NCBI GenBank assembly: GCA_018056245.1
Contig: JAGPFZ010000004.1
Span: 7,508 to 71,507, forward strand
Source: Bacteroidales bacterium
Lineage (GTDB): Bacteria; Bacteroidota; Bacteroidia; Bacteroidales; VadinHA17
Reading direction: 5' to 3'
Length of the DNA: 64,000 nucleotides
Of the stretch, positions 41,926-54,200 are shown in pieces. Both the position numbers and the translations under genes were made by a program. The notes under the pieces were generated by a model. The model saw only the letters and a list, made by a program, of their open reading frames with translations, searched no databases and was not told where the DNA came from. Numbering within the stretch: the first letter of the stretch is position 1; each line of letters opens with the position of its first letter.

Positions 41926-42870
41926 TTATTCAAATGGATGTCCTCTGCTGAAATCGGGCAAGTAGTTTGTATTGCTTTCCATCTCCTGAAGCCAGCCGTT
42001 TCGGAAATCGAGCTTTTCCATTTGCGCTACCACTTCCTGGTATTCTTTTCGAGAAAGGTTACGTCCAATAACCTGATGGTTTTTAACCTCAGGCGTCGGT
42101 TGATATTGCGACATTAACGAAATGCTTACCCCTGGTGATAATTCATTAGCAATGCTCCTTAGCAATTTTATGCTTTCGGCAGTATGACCCGGCAATAAAA
42201 GATGCCTGATCAGTATCCCGCTCTCGGCAATTCCATCATCACCAATTCTCAGAACCGAACCTTTCTGAAAATACATCTCTCTCAAAGCCTTTAAAGCAAT
42301 CTCAGGATAATTATAAGCATCGGAATATTTATAAGCAATTTCTGGTGTAACATATTTATAATCCGGCAGATACACGTCAATTAATTCATTAAGGCTCCTG
42401 ATGGTATCAACTTTATCGTAACTATTTGTATTATATACTGTTATAGGCTTCAATCCTCTTGAATTCAATCCTCTTATAATAGCTTTCACCTGTGGCACTA
42501 CATGTGAAGGGGAAACAAAACCAACAGCTCTTATGCCTTTCGACATGATTTGCTCAATTATGTCAATGCATGTTTCAAACTCCATTTCAGGGCACATCGA
42601 AGCACACTCATGCCGGCTTATCTCGTAATTTTGGCAATACAAACAGCGCATATTACAACCGGCGAAGAAAATATTACAAATGCCATTTACACCGCTTATT
42701 GGAGGTTCTTCGCCACGATGAATACATATTGAAGCAATATTGAGCCCTGCATCGGCACCACAGTAACCCGCTCCAGCTTCAAACCTGTCAACACCGCACT
42801 CTCTGGGACATAAAGTGCATGACGACAAAACCTGCTGCTCCTCAGGCAGATATATATCTCTATATTTCAT
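41926..42870 (-). CDS. radical SAM protein, PflX-like (pyruvate formate-lyase activase homologue, COG1313)
   Basis: CNMRCLYCQN radical-SAM CxxxCxxC cluster plus an N-terminal CTLCPRECGV cysteine motif. Confidence 0.75.
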   Translation of the reverse strand: MKYRDIYLPEEQQVLSSCTLCPRECGVDRFEAGAGYCGADAGLNIASICIHRGEEPPISGVNGICNIFFAGCNMRCLYCQNYEISRHECASMCPEMEFETCIDIIEQIMSKGIRAVGFVSPSHVVPQVKAIIRGLNSRGLKPITVYNTNSYDKVDTIRSLNELIDVYLPDYKYVTPEIAYKYSDAYNYPEIALKALREMYFQKGSVLRIGDDGIAESGILIRHLLLPGHTAESIKLLRSIANELSPGVSISLMSQYQPTPEVKNHQVIGRNLSRKEYQEVVAQMEKLDFRNGWLQEMESNTNYLPDFSRGHPFE

Positions 42871-43005
42871 CCATTGATTTTATTATAAAGGAATTAATTC
42901 ACAAAAACCTTTATATACTTTATATAATTACTGCAAATTTATATCAAACTATGCATTTAATCATTAAATAATTAATAATGATTTTTATAATTTAAAAATA
43001 TTTAT

Positions 43006-43013
43006 TATCTTTG
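43006..43013 (+). promoter_or_regulatory. Bacteroidota -7 box candidate for the rimP-nusA-infB operon
   Basis: TATCTTTG (TAnnTTTG) lies 63 nt upstream of the rimP ATG. Motif match only. Confidence 0.3.
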
Positions 43014-43040
43014 TCGCCAATTCAAAAAGTTTCTGAAATA

Positions 43041-43066
43041 AGGGGACAGAAGTCCCCTGTTTTATT
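43041..43066 (+). terminator. terminator-like leader hairpin 18 nt upstream of rimP (putative attenuator)
   Basis: AGGGGAC-AGAA-GTCCCCT followed by GTTTTATT. Confidence 0.5.
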
Positions 43067-43076
43067 ATCTGTTTAA

Positions 43077-43541
43077 ATGGTAGATAAGAAAAAAATAGAA
43101 GAACTTGTCAGACAGTATATAAATGATACGGATATTTTCCTTGTGGATATTAAAGTAAACCAGAGAAATAAGATAACTGTAATTGTAGATACAAGGGAAG
43201 GTATAACTATTGAACAATGTGCAGATTTAAATCTATACCTTGAAAGAAATCTTAACCGTGATGAAGAGGATTTTGAACTTCAAGTTTCTTCGCCAGGCAT
43301 AGGCACACCCTTTCATGTAAGGGAACAATATTTAAAAAGTCAAGGAAAAACGGTAGAAGTAATTGATTATGAAAACAATAGATATACTGGGACATTACAT
43401 AATATAACCGACAACGGATTTGAACTCGAATGCAACCCCAAACAGACAGGGAAAAGAAAGTTCGAATCTGATAAAATAAAATATTTATCATTTAATTTTG
43501 ACAAGATTAAATCAGTAAAAGAATTGATTGGTTTCAGATAA
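43077..43541 (+). CDS. rimP: ribosome maturation factor RimP
   Basis: 154 aa. The motif LQVSSPGIGTPF and its position directly upstream of nusA support the call. Confidence 0.9.
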   Translation: MVDKKKIEELVRQYINDTDIFLVDIKVNQRNKITVIVDTREGITIEQCADLNLYLERNLNRDEEDFELQVSSPGIGTPFHVREQYLKSQGKTVEVIDYENNRYTGTLHNITDNGFELECNPKQTGKRKFESDKIKYLSFNFDKIKSVKELIGFR

Positions 43542-43560
43542 AAAATGAGGGCATTAACAG

Positions 43561-44799
43561 ATGGAAAATCTTAATTTAACTGACACTTTTTCTGAATTCA
43601 AAGAACTTAAGAATATCGACAGACCTACGATGATGAGTGTTCTTGAAGATGTCTTCAAGAGTATTCTGATAAAAAAGTATGGCACAGCCGACAATTTTGA
43701 CATCATTGTGAATATTGACAAAGGTGATTTCGAAATATGGAGGAACAGAAAGGTCGTTGCCGATGAGGATTTCGCAGACCCCAATACTCAGATACCTCTC
43801 TCGGAGGCAAAAAAGATTGACTCTGATTATGAAGTTGGGGAAGAAGTATCGGATGAAGTGAGATTTCAGGATTTCGGCCGTAGAGCAATATTGTCACTTC
43901 GCCAGAACCTCTCCGCCCGTATTCTTGACCTTGAAAAGAATAATATTTATGCAAAATATAAAGACAGGATTGGAGAAATAGTCACCGGTGAAGTTTATCA
44001 GGTGTGGAAAAAGGAAATCCTTGTACTTGATGATGACGGAAATGAACTTATATTGCCGAAAAGTGAGCAGATACCTACTGATCACTTCCGTAAAGGGGAT
44101 ACTATAAAGGCTGTTGTGATAAAGGTCGAAATGAAAAATAATACACCTTATATCATATTAAGCAGGACTTCGCCAGTTTTCCTTGAAAGGTTATTCGAGC
44201 TTGAGGTTCCGGAAATCTTCGACGGTCTTATCACTATCAAAAAGATTGTAAGGGTTCCGGGTGAACGGGCAAAAGTGGCTGTTGAATCGTACGATGAGCG
44301 TATTGATCCGGTTGGCGCATGTGTCGGCATGAAAGGTTCAAGAATTCATGGCATAGTAAGAGAACTGCGAAACGAAAACATTGATGTCATTAATTATACA
44401 GCTAATACTCAGCTTTTCATACAGAGAGCTCTGAGCCCTGCAAAAATCTCATCAATAAAGATAAATGAAGAAACAAAAAGAGCTGAGATATATCTTAAGC
44501 CAAATGAGGTTTCGCTTGCAATCGGGAAAGGCGGCCTAAACATAAAACTTGCCAGTCAGTTAACCGGATATGAGATTGATGTTTACAGGGAACCAGGAGG
44601 TGAGGATGAAGAAGATGTAAACCTCGAGGAATTTTCCGATGAAATAGAAGAATGGATAATCGAAGAGCTTAAAGCTATTGGCTGTGACACAGCCAAAAGT
44701 GTGCTAAATCTCTCGGTTAGCGACCTTGTAAAGCGGACCGATCTTGAAGAAGAAACTGTAAAAGAAGTAATTAATATACTTAAAGCAGAATTTGAATAA
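43561..44799 (+). CDS. nusA: transcription termination/antitermination factor NusA
   Basis: S1 domain (GEIVTGEV), KH domains (DPVGACVGMKGSRI, AIGKGGLNIKLA) and an acidic C-terminal tail. Confidence 0.95.
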   Translation: MENLNLTDTFSEFKELKNIDRPTMMSVLEDVFKSILIKKYGTADNFDIIVNIDKGDFEIWRNRKVVADEDFADPNTQIPLSEAKKIDSDYEVGEEVSDEVRFQDFGRRAILSLRQNLSARILDLEKNNIYAKYKDRIGEIVTGEVYQVWKKEILVLDDDGNELILPKSEQIPTDHFRKGDTIKAVVIKVEMKNNTPYIILSRTSPVFLERLFELEVPEIFDGLITIKKIVRVPGERAKVAVESYDERIDPVGACVGMKGSRIHGIVRELRNENIDVINYTANTQLFIQRALSPAKISSIKINEETKRAEIYLKPNEVSLAIGKGGLNIKLASQLTGYEIDVYREPGGEDEEDVNLEEFSDEIEEWIIEELKAIGCDTAKSVLNLSVSDLVKRTDLEEETVKEVINILKAEFE

Positions 44800-44859
44800 T
44801 AGAAAATCAAAATTAATACGAACTTTATTTTTCGAATTAATTTGACCAGGAGGTTATCA

Positions 44860-47685
44860 ATGAGTGAGGATTTAAAGGTTACAAGATTAAGCAAAGCTGC
44901 CCGCGAGTTCAATGTGGGAATTTCAACTATTGTGGAGTTCCTGCATAAGAAAGGATTTAATCTTGACCCTAACCCTAACACAAAAATTCCTCCCGAGGCT
45001 TACACTCTTCTGGTGAAAGAATACAGTACAGATATAAGCGTGAAAAAGGAATCAGAAAAACTGATGCTGAAAGATCTTCACAAGAAAAAAGAAACGGTAT
45101 CACTAGAAGATATAACAAATAAACCTCATGCGGAAGAAATTGAAGCTGAAAATGAAATAATTATCAAGGATGCAACAAGTGTGGCAAAGGTTGAAAAGCG
45201 GCCAGAGATTTCAAAACCTGAAGTAAAAGTCGTCGGCAAAATAGACCTTGAGAAAACGTTGAAAAACGCAATTATAAAACCAGAAGAAAAAAAAGAGAGT
45301 GAGCCGGCAGAAAAAACTGAAAAAGGAGAAAAAATAGAACAAGTAATAGAAGAAAAAGATATTGAAACTGTGCAGGAACCAATTATACCACCTATTGAAG
45401 CAGCAAAGCCTACAGAATTTGAAGTTGAAGAAAAAACTGGTAAAGAAGCTGAGTTTGCCAAGGCTGAGGCTGAGGTGGAGCCTGAACCTGAATCTAAATC
45501 CGAAGTTACACCCGACACTGCGGTAACAGAAAAAGAAGAAAGTTTTATACACATTAATAGTCAGAAACTTGCCGGACCCGTTATTCTAGGAAAAATAAAT
45601 CTTCCGGCTGAGGAAAAGAAAAAATCTACGGGAGTTAAAACAGAATCAGGAGAAGAAATAAGACATAAAAGAAAAAGAAAAAGAATTTCGAAGGAGAAAG
45701 AGATTGTCCCACTTAAACCTGGTAATACTGAAAAAACCGAACGAATAAAAACTCCTCTTAAGAAGCGACCTGTACGTGCTGAAATCGATGAGGATGAGGT
45801 ACAAAAACAGATAAAAGAAACTCTTGCACGGCTTACTGCAAAAGGTAAAACGAAAGGAGTCAGATACAGAAGAGAAAAACGTGAGGCTATAAGCCAGAGA
45901 CTAAAAGAAAAATCCGAACTGCAGGAACTCGAAAAGAATGTACTTAAAGTCACTGAATTCGTCTCTGCAAATGAACTTGCAGCTATGATGAACGTCCCGG
46001 TCACAGATATTATCTCAACATGTATGAGCCTTGGACTCTTTGTTTCGATAAACCAGAGGCTTGATGCAGAAACAATGGCTCTTGTGGCAGATGAGTTCGG
46101 ATATAAAGTAGAATTCATAAGCGCCGAACTTCTTGAAAACATTGAGGAAGAGGAGGATAAACCAGAAGATCTTAAGCCAAGACCACCTATAGTAACTGTA
46201 ATGGGACATGTTGATCATGGTAAAACAAAGCTTCTGGATTATATAAGAAATACAAATGTTGTTGCAGGTGAAGCAGGAGGTATCACACAGCATATTGGTG
46301 CATATAGCGTTTCACTGGACGGAGGGAAGCAAATTACTTTCCTCGATACGCCAGGTCATGAAGCTTTTACTGCAATGAGAGCTCGTGGCGCACAGATAAC
46401 AGATATAGCAATTATCGTAGTTGCTGCCGACGACGGAGTTATGCCACAGACTATTGAGGCTATTAACCATGCTTCTGCTGCGGGTGTTCCTATTATATTT
46501 GCCATAAATAAGATAGATAAACCGAATGCAAATCCTGAAAAAATCAAAGAGGAACTTGCAAATCTTAATTACCTTGTTGAAGACTGGGGAGGAAAGTACC
46601 AGTCGCAGGAGATATCGGCAAAAACAGGCCTAAATATTGACCATCTTCTGGAAAAAGTCCTGCTCGAGGCCGAACTTCTCGATCTGAAAGCAAACCCCAA
46701 TAGGCCCGCACAAGGCACAGTTATTGAATCTTCACTTGACAAAGGACGCGGCTATACTGCCACTATTCTTGTTAAGAATGGCACTCTGAGAGTAGGTGAC
46801 ATTGTTCTAGCTGGAAGTTATTATGGACACGTAAAAGCTCTTTACAATGAGAGAGGAAATAAGGTTGACGAGGCTGGTCCTTCCGCTCCGGTAATGTTAG
46901 TAGGTCTTAACGGTGCACCGCAGGCCGGAGATAAATTTATTGTTATGCGAAGCGATCACGAAGCTAAGGAGATAGCAAATAAAAGAGCACAGCTTCAGAG
47001 AGAACAGGAGCTGAGAACTCAGAAACATATTACACTCGACGAAATAGGACGCAGAATTGCAATAGGAAACTTCCAGGAACTTAACATAATAGTTAAGGGA
47101 GATGTTGACGGCTCAGTAGAAGCACTCAGCGATTCTCTTATTAAACTTTCAACCGACCAAATTCAGGTTAACATAATCCATAAAGCTGTAGGCCAAATTT
47201 CTGAATCCGATGTACTGCTTGCCGCAGCATCGAATGCCATCATTGTAGGATTTCAGGTACGACCTTCTATGAATGCACGTAAACTTGCCGAAAAAGAGCA
47301 AATTGATATTCGTCTTTATTCAATTATCTACGATGCTATTGAAGAAATAAAATCGGCTATGGAAGGAATGCTTATGCCTGAAATAAAAGAAGAAATAGTT
47401 GCAACTCTTGAAGTAAAGGAAGTATTCAAAATTACCAAAGTAGGAACAATCGCAGGATGCCTTGTAAAGGAAGGTAAAATAAACAGAAATTCAAAAATAC
47501 GCGTGATACGCGACGGCATAGTTATTTACACCGGAGAACTTGGTTCACTTAAACGATTTAAAGATGACGTCAAAGAGGTTGTGAGCGGCCTTGAATGCGG
47601 ACTTAATATTCAAAATTATAACGACTTAAAAGTCGGCGATATAATTGAAGCTTATCAGGAGGTAGAAGTTAAAAAAACCCTTTAG
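44860..47685 (+). CDS. infB: translation initiation factor IF-2
   Basis: G-domain [24 protein letters not shown] and NKID, with an E/K-rich N-terminal region. ATG 44860 is preceded by AGGAGG. The track ORF starts at TTG 44842. Confidence 0.95.
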   Translation: MSEDLKVTRLSKAAREFNVGISTIVEFLHKKGFNLDPNPNTKIPPEAYTLLVKEYSTDISVKKESEKLMLKDLHKKKETVSLEDITNKPHAEEIEAENEIIIKDATSVAKVEKRPEISKPEVKVVGKIDLEKTLKNAIIKPEEKKESEPAEKTEKGEKIEQVIEEKDIETVQEPIIPPIEAAKPTEFEVEEKTGKEAEFAKAEAEVEPEPESKSEVTPDTAVTEKEESFIHINSQKLAGPVILGKINLPAEEKKKSTGVKTESGEEIRHKRKRKRISKEKEIVPLKPGNTEKTERIKTPLKKRPVRAEIDEDEVQKQIKETLARLTAKGKTKGVRYRREKREAISQRLKEKSELQELEKNVLKVTEFVSANELAAMMNVPVTDIISTCMSLGLFVSINQRLDAETMALVADEFGYKVEFISAELLENIEEEEDKPEDLKPRPPIVTVMGHVDHGKTKLLDYIRNTNVVAGEAGGITQHIGAYSVSLDGGKQITFLDTPGHEAFTAMRARGAQITDIAIIVVAADDGVMPQTIEAINHASAAGVPIIFAINKIDKPNANPEKIKEELANLNYLVEDWGGKYQSQEISAKTGLNIDHLLEKVLLEAELLDLKANPNRPAQGTVIESSLDKGRGYTATILVKNGTLRVGDIVLAGSYYGHVKALYNERGNKVDEAGPSAPVMLVGLNGAPQAGDKFIVMRSDHEAKEIANKRAQLQREQELRTQKHITLDEIGRRIAIGNFQELNIIVKGDVDGSVEALSDSLIKLSTDQIQVNIIHKAVGQISESDVLLAAASNAIIVGFQVRPSMNARKLAEKEQIDIRLYSIIYDAIEEIKSAMEGMLMPEIKEEIVATLEVKEVFKITKVGTIAGCLVKEGKINRNSKIRVIRDGIVIYTGELGSLKRFKDDVKEVVSGLECGLNIQNYNDLKVGDIIEAYQEVEVKKTL

Positions 47686-47714
47686 CTTTTATTTTTCTCA
47701 AACCTTAATAATAT

Positions 47715-48104
47715 TCAGGCAGACTGGCCTCCTAAAAGATTTCTGTATTCCTCAGGGCTTAGTAAATCGTTTATCTCGGCTGGATTAATAATTTTAATAC
47801 ATATCATCCATCCTTTACCATAAGGATCCTTATTCACAAACTCGGGATTTTTTTCAAGCTCACTGTTCATTTCAAGAATTTCGCCACTTACCGGCATAAA
47901 AATATCGGATACAGTCTTAACCGCTTCTACAGTACCGAAAGCATCTCCTTTATTAAGGGTTTCACCAACTGTCTCGATTTCTACAAAGACAATATCTCCA
48001 AGTTCGCTTTGGGCAAAGTCGGTAATCCCTACATATCCAGTATCTCCCTCAATTCTCAACCATTCATGGTCTTGTGTATACTTCAAATTTTCCGGAATAT
48101 TCAT
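47715..48104 (-). CDS. gcvH: glycine cleavage system H protein
   Basis: Lipoyl-lysine motif VEAVKTVSD. 129 aa. Confidence 0.93.
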   Translation of the reverse strand: MNIPENLKYTQDHEWLRIEGDTGYVGITDFAQSELGDIVFVEIETVGETLNKGDAFGTVEAVKTVSDIFMPVSGEILEMNSELEKNPEFVNKDPYGKGWMICIKIINPAEINDLLSPEEYRNLLGGQSA

Positions 48105-48216
48105 AATCAGATGGTTTAACGTTTTTTAAAATCAGTTAACATCAATCCAAAAATAAAGAAATTTTTATTGATGAAAACAAACAGGCAAAATTTATTTATT
48201 CTGGCCTTACTATATT

Positions 48217-51200
48217 TTATTGTATAAGAGCAAATTTCAGGCTAAAACCAAAATTTGTATTAGAAGTTGGGAAAGTGCTCGCAACAAACGGATTGTTCAT
48301 TGTATGATCGGCAAATATCTGAAGGTTGAATCTATCACTTAGAACATAGTCGGCACTAACACCTATAGTAAAAACCTTTGATCCGACAACCGGCTGATTG
48401 ACATTTTCAATTATTTTTCTTGCTATTGTCTTGTTATCTCTCATCGAAAAGTCAAATCTCACATTCAAATCACTCTTCAGTGCTCTCTGTCTGCCTCCTG
48501 TTTTAATAATAATCTGTACATCGTCGAACCTGTATCCTGAGCCAACAATTATTTCGTTACTTCGCGCATCGGCTATCTGGTTGCTTGTAAGATTAAGGGA
48601 TACCGTTCTTGATTTCCTCCACTCAAATCGAGTGGTGAGATTATTCTTCCAGTTCATGTCAACATTAAACAGAGGACTGAACTGCTCATTAATTGTGACA
48701 ACATTTATCTCATACGGCGAAAGAAAATTGTTCTGAAAATCTCTTACATAACTTATTCCATTTTCATCAGCATTATACTTGAGATTAGTGGTAAAAGAAC
48801 TCACCGAATAAGTACTTCGATACTGATGTGATATATTGATAGATCTGAAGATCGACTGGATAAAATCAAATCTCGACAGACCATCAAAATTAATTCTCCA
48901 GTTTGGCATCATTTTTAAGGCTGAAGGAAATGGTTCGAGTGATACCTTTTCAGGATCAGTTTTTGTATATGCGGCAAGGAATGCCGGAATAAGTACCTCC
49001 CTTGATGTTTTTCCAAATCCGTTTTTATATTTTCCTTCTATAGGAGTACCATTAACAGGATCAATATCAGGATAATAAGATGGATCTATTGCCTTTCTTT
49101 CGTCCGCTCTCCTCCTTGAAATAATTTCCGTATTATTAACGAATGCCTCATAAGTAGGTGAAACATAATCATTCTTTTTTGAGATTTTTTCGAAAGCCGT
49201 TCCCCACGAGATTATCGAAATCGTAAAATTACCAGAAACAATTCTGTTGCGTGTGCTATCAGGAAAATTCCCGTTCCTGTCTGCTATATAATATGCCGTA
49301 ATAGCTTCGTTGTACCTGCGGTCGGCTGTAAGATCAATTCTTATACCAGGAAAAGGTTCAATCATGCTTCTAAATGAAATAGTTTGCCCTGTAATAAATG
49401 AGACTGGTGTATTTAATAACGTATCGGTTGAAAGCCATCCGTTTTCGACCGCTCTGTCGAAAAATTTCTTGTCGCCATAACCTAAAATAAAAGGCCAACC
49501 AGGTGATAGTATATTATTAAATTTTCCCATCCCAAGGAAATTTGTCTCAGGTAAATATCCGGGCAGAATCTGTCCTTGTGTATTTGTAAGTGTAATAGAT
49601 ACATTTCTAATTCCCATCAATGCCCTCACAAAATATTCACCAGCAACAATTTCAGGGCTGCGCTTCTTAACAACTTTCCCTTCAATTACAATTCTGGCAT
49701 TGACTGCTTGTTGTTCAGGTGTAAAAGTTATTCTGTTTTCACTCACAACTGCCACTTTCCCTGGAATTTCTCTTCCTGCACTGTCATATACCTTCACAGA
49801 AACATCCGTTGTTTTAAGGTTATGAGTGAAAGCACGAGTTACTCCTTGTTTGAAACTTAATTTTTCCCTTGTATATGTAACTGTTTTGAACTCAGGTTTC
49901 ATCTTTAACCTCGACTCAGGTCGGGTGTTTGTTTCAATATTCCTTAAAAACTTGAACTTGTTATAGAGAGCCGAGAAAGCAGCGTTGAAGGTAAGTGTCA
50001 GGTCATTATGATTTTTAATTGTATTGCCCGGATTTAATTTTATCGAATCAGGAAATAATGGAGCGGCAAGCCATGTATAGTCGGAACCGTAACGCAAATT
50101 GGAATTAGTCCAGTCGAGTAAAGGCAATTTATTAACTGGAATATTGTAATTAATATTTATAATGTGTGTATAAGTTGTTGTTCGACCGAAATTTTTAAGA
50201 TTAGTAAGCACTGAATCTTTCCAATGTTCATATTCTGTTGCATAACGTTTTCTGTCAACCCCTCCTTGCGGCTCATCAATCCGAGCAATACTTGTTGCTG
50301 TGAAATCGAATTTTAACTGCCGTGTAATATCATACTTAAAATCATATATCCTGCTCCATTCAAAATCCTTACGATATGATGGTGTCACTTTCAGATAAGG
50401 ATTATTTATATTTCTTAGTTTGACTTCATTGTAATACCTGCTAATATCGGTACGAAATGAGATGCTTCTTGGAAATGGATAAAAGTTAAAATCCTTAATA
50501 AGCCTGAATGCTGGAGAATTAAGAAATCTGACATTTCTGAACGGGGCGATATTTTTTGGCTGGCTTTCATAATTATAGTTTATACCTCCGTGAATGTTTT
50601 TTTCAAGGTCAAGTTCTGTTTTTATGTTGCTGCGGTAAACCTCGTTATATGTATAATTGAAGCTGAGATTAGCAGGGTCCCAAAGGTGAGGTTTTTCTCC
50701 CCTTATATTCACGCCGGCATTGCTTACTGTTAGTGTCTTCCGGTGAGCATAATCTTCGGAAATAGACTTTATCGAATCACGTTCCTTTCTGGTCTCCGCA
50801 TTTAACAATGCATCTTTTAAAGGGATGTCAGGATCGAGAGGGTTAAATTGGGGTTGTATCCTCTCCTGTGAATATCCTAAATAAACCGGCAATCTTATGT
50901 TGGCTTCTTCGGGAAAGAATTTACCCAATTCAATGGTTGATGATAAATCATATTTAAGAATCTGTTCTTTGCTACGTTCATTGACCTTTTTTTCAATACT
51001 GCCCCATCCGGGTGTGCTTGTCTGACCCACAAGGTCTACAATTCCAATATCGGCCAGTTGTGCCTGCAAATGAGTATTGGCTGCCCATCCACTGTTTTCA
51101 ACAAAATCACTAAGGCGAAGTTCATTAAACCAGACCTCTCCCGATTTCGGGCGTCCGTCGTCTAATGCCGGATTCCTGGTTTTAACCGGATTCCTGATCC

Positions 51201-54200
51201 CAACCATTATTACTTTAATATTACTAAGATTCGGATTACCTGATACTGAGACTCTGTTTTGCTTATCGTAATAGATAAAAACATCCGAAACACTCAGTGT
51301 CGAACCTTGTTTTTGCATTTCACTGTTCCTCGCCTGCTTAGCATCCTGTAATACTGAAAGGTCAATTATAAAACTATTCTCTTCAGGCCATACAATTTCC
51401 CTATGGCTGTCGTTGTCGTTGTTATATCTCCCCGGAGGAGTAAGCTTGAGAGGAATCTCATACTCATAAAAATTGCTTTTATAATCCGAGCCTATTCTGA
51501 TAAAGGCCGTAAGTTCATTATCTGAAAGAGGCTCGCCTATTAAAGCTTCGGCATGTACTTCCATTCTGATCTGGCGGTATTGCCTTATATCAATATTTAT
51601 ATTACGGAATGCTGCCCTTGCATCACCATCTTCAAGGTCATGAACCCTGAACACCATTGACTGTTCGTTCAGTTGACGAAGCTGAGGATTTGAAGGATCA
51701 ATAATCCTTGTGAAACCAGGAGGAAGCACATAGTTTACCGGCAACTTACCACTGTTCTCTTCTATGCTGACAGAACTTATTTCAAACGAACCGTCTTCCT
51801 GTTCCGGGATATTAGTCCTCTCACTTCCTTCCTTAAATGACATGTTATATTTTCTCCATTCAGCCCTTACAAGATCGAGTTTCGCGAATCTCAGTATAAC
51901 GGGTTCCTCAAAATTGCGCATGAACATCCGCATAAATCTTATTGACTTAAAATCCCTGATTGAGCCCACAACTCTCTCATAATCGGTAATAGGTATTTTA
52001 AACTGATACCATTTCACTTTAGATTTCTCCCCATTGGCAAATGTTGCGGTATATTCGATTTCGTCAACTATAAAATTCGAACCCACTTTCAAATCTTCAG
52101 GCCTCATGCTCACTTTATACTGATAATAGCTTTCGGTTTCGCTCAGAGTATTATCTCTGTTTATATCTTCCATATCTGGAAGAGTAGTGCCGCTTGTCGG
52201 ATAATTCTCAGGTGACATTTCGGCAGAGGGGGAGTTTCCTTCCGACCCGTTATAACGCTTATATCTGTCGAGAATACTAAGTCCAATTCTATCGTAATCA
52301 GAACCTCTGAAGTAGTGAAAGTCGTCGTTCGACGGGTCTTTTTCAAATTCATTGTAAGCCTCAATACTAAGAACAGAGCTTAAATTCTGCAAATACTTCT
52401 CATAAAATGTTTTTTCATCATCATCGCGTAATCCGTCAAAACCTACATCTTGATATTGACGCGACATCGGATCATTATCAAATGCATGCACCACAGCCTG
52501 AATTGTAGGAACACGCCCCCAAGCGGTGGTATCAACATTTTTAACATCAGGTGACCCGGGCAGCCCGTTTTCAAAGCTTTTGCGGGAATCTTTAAGAATA
52601 TCCTCCGAAATATTTCCAAGATTAAAATAAATATCTCCTCCTTTATGGTCAGAATTTTCCACAAAAGGATCCATTAGCCAAAACTTAATATATTGTATGT
52701 TAGACTGCTCAAAATCGCTTGTAAGTACTTCTCTCATAATGCCTCCCCATCGTGAACTGGGATTATTTAGCGAGCCGTCGCTGTTCAATCCTGCCGAATA
52801 GCCCGAGGGAGTAGTATCAAAATTGTATTGGCCTCTTTCGGAAGGATAAAATGCAACGTTAAGTACGCCTATTGTTGCTGGCACTCCGCTCGGGCTTTCT
52901 TTATATGGAAAAATTTCTGTTTCGAATATTTCTCTTACAAAGTGGCTCGACTGTTCATCAGGATTATTCTTAATATGTTCAGGAGTTGATGAACCGTTTC
53001 GTAAAAAAAGAGGATCAATCACATACCAGGCCAGCCTTGCTCTGTTAAAACCGCTTGCAAGATTATTATTAAGCCTTGCTTCGGGGAACATCATATCCTG
53101 ACCCTGAGGAATACTTGCAAGTGTCCATGCATTGAACGATTTAAGGTCGAGAGGCATTTCACTGGCTTCAAAATCGTCTATATATGAATTCCCTGCATTC
53201 GAAATTGCTTTCGAATGACCTGGAACAAGATTGGCAAATTCGCCGAAAAATGAAACTGCGGAAGGGGCTTTTGTTCTGATAAACGGAAGCTTATCAATTA
53301 CATTTGTAAGCATCTGTGATTGTGATTTATAAGAAGTGTTCAGCCCCCATATTGTATTTGATATCGGTTCCTCGCCAAAATTGACTTTTTGTGTATATGG
53401 CCTTTCATTCAAATGCAATATTGTTCCGCCGACATTGAAATTATCCGAAATGCGATAATCAAGATATGTTCCGACGAGTGTCTTAGTCTGAAATCCGAAA
53501 AACTGGTTGCTTTCAAGCGACACCTGGATAGGTGTTTCCGAATCAATAAGTGCCTGGTTAATAATCCGCACAGTACCAAGGTTATAATCAACCGTGTAAT
53601 CGCTATTTTCTGTTAGAACTACACCGCCTGCAGTTACTTTAATCGCTCCCTGTGGAATGTTTGTAGCATTTAATTGTATCTCGGAGCCTGCCGCCGAAGA
53701 ATATTGTCCGGTAAGCTTGAATTTATTTTTCTCGGCCATCTGTCTGGCAATAGTCTGAGTCGAATCATATAATTCCTGAAAAACATATTTGTCGGCAAGC
53801 TTTTTATCCGTAAACTGTTCGCGAAGATAACTCCCAAAGGGTTCATTTACCGGAAATATTATTCTGCCGCGGTCTGGCATAATAGTAGCATTCTCAATAA
53901 AATCGAATACACCATCAGGTTCTCTGTCAAGCCTCGAATTGAGATTATCAAGTCGCAATACTTGTAAAAGTATTATATCCGACAGGTTTCCTTCCGGAAG
54001 GTAATTAATCGAATTGCCTGTATTGTCGTCCTGGTATAATATATTTAATTCAAAATTTTTTCTTTCAACTCTTCCAGAACCAAGAGAATAGATGTTTTTC
54101 ATCATCAGTTTCCATGTAGGAAGTTTAGGACTAAGTGTCGTTCCTTTCAGAAGCTTAAGTATAAGCGCTTGGGGTGCCGCAACTCCGTCGGTTGAAAACT

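Noticed and set aside
45126-46142. Long minus-strand ORFs (142, 113 and 193 aa) antisense to the 5' third of infB
   Set aside because: They are low-complexity S/F/I-rich translations of the complement of the GAA/AAA-rich IF-2 N-terminal region. They have no motifs and lie entirely inside a confidently called gene.
48105-48216. Glycine riboswitch upstream of gcvH
   Set aside because: The 112-nt AT-rich leader has none of the conserved GGAGAG/CACCG cores and is too short for even a single aptamer plus expression platform.
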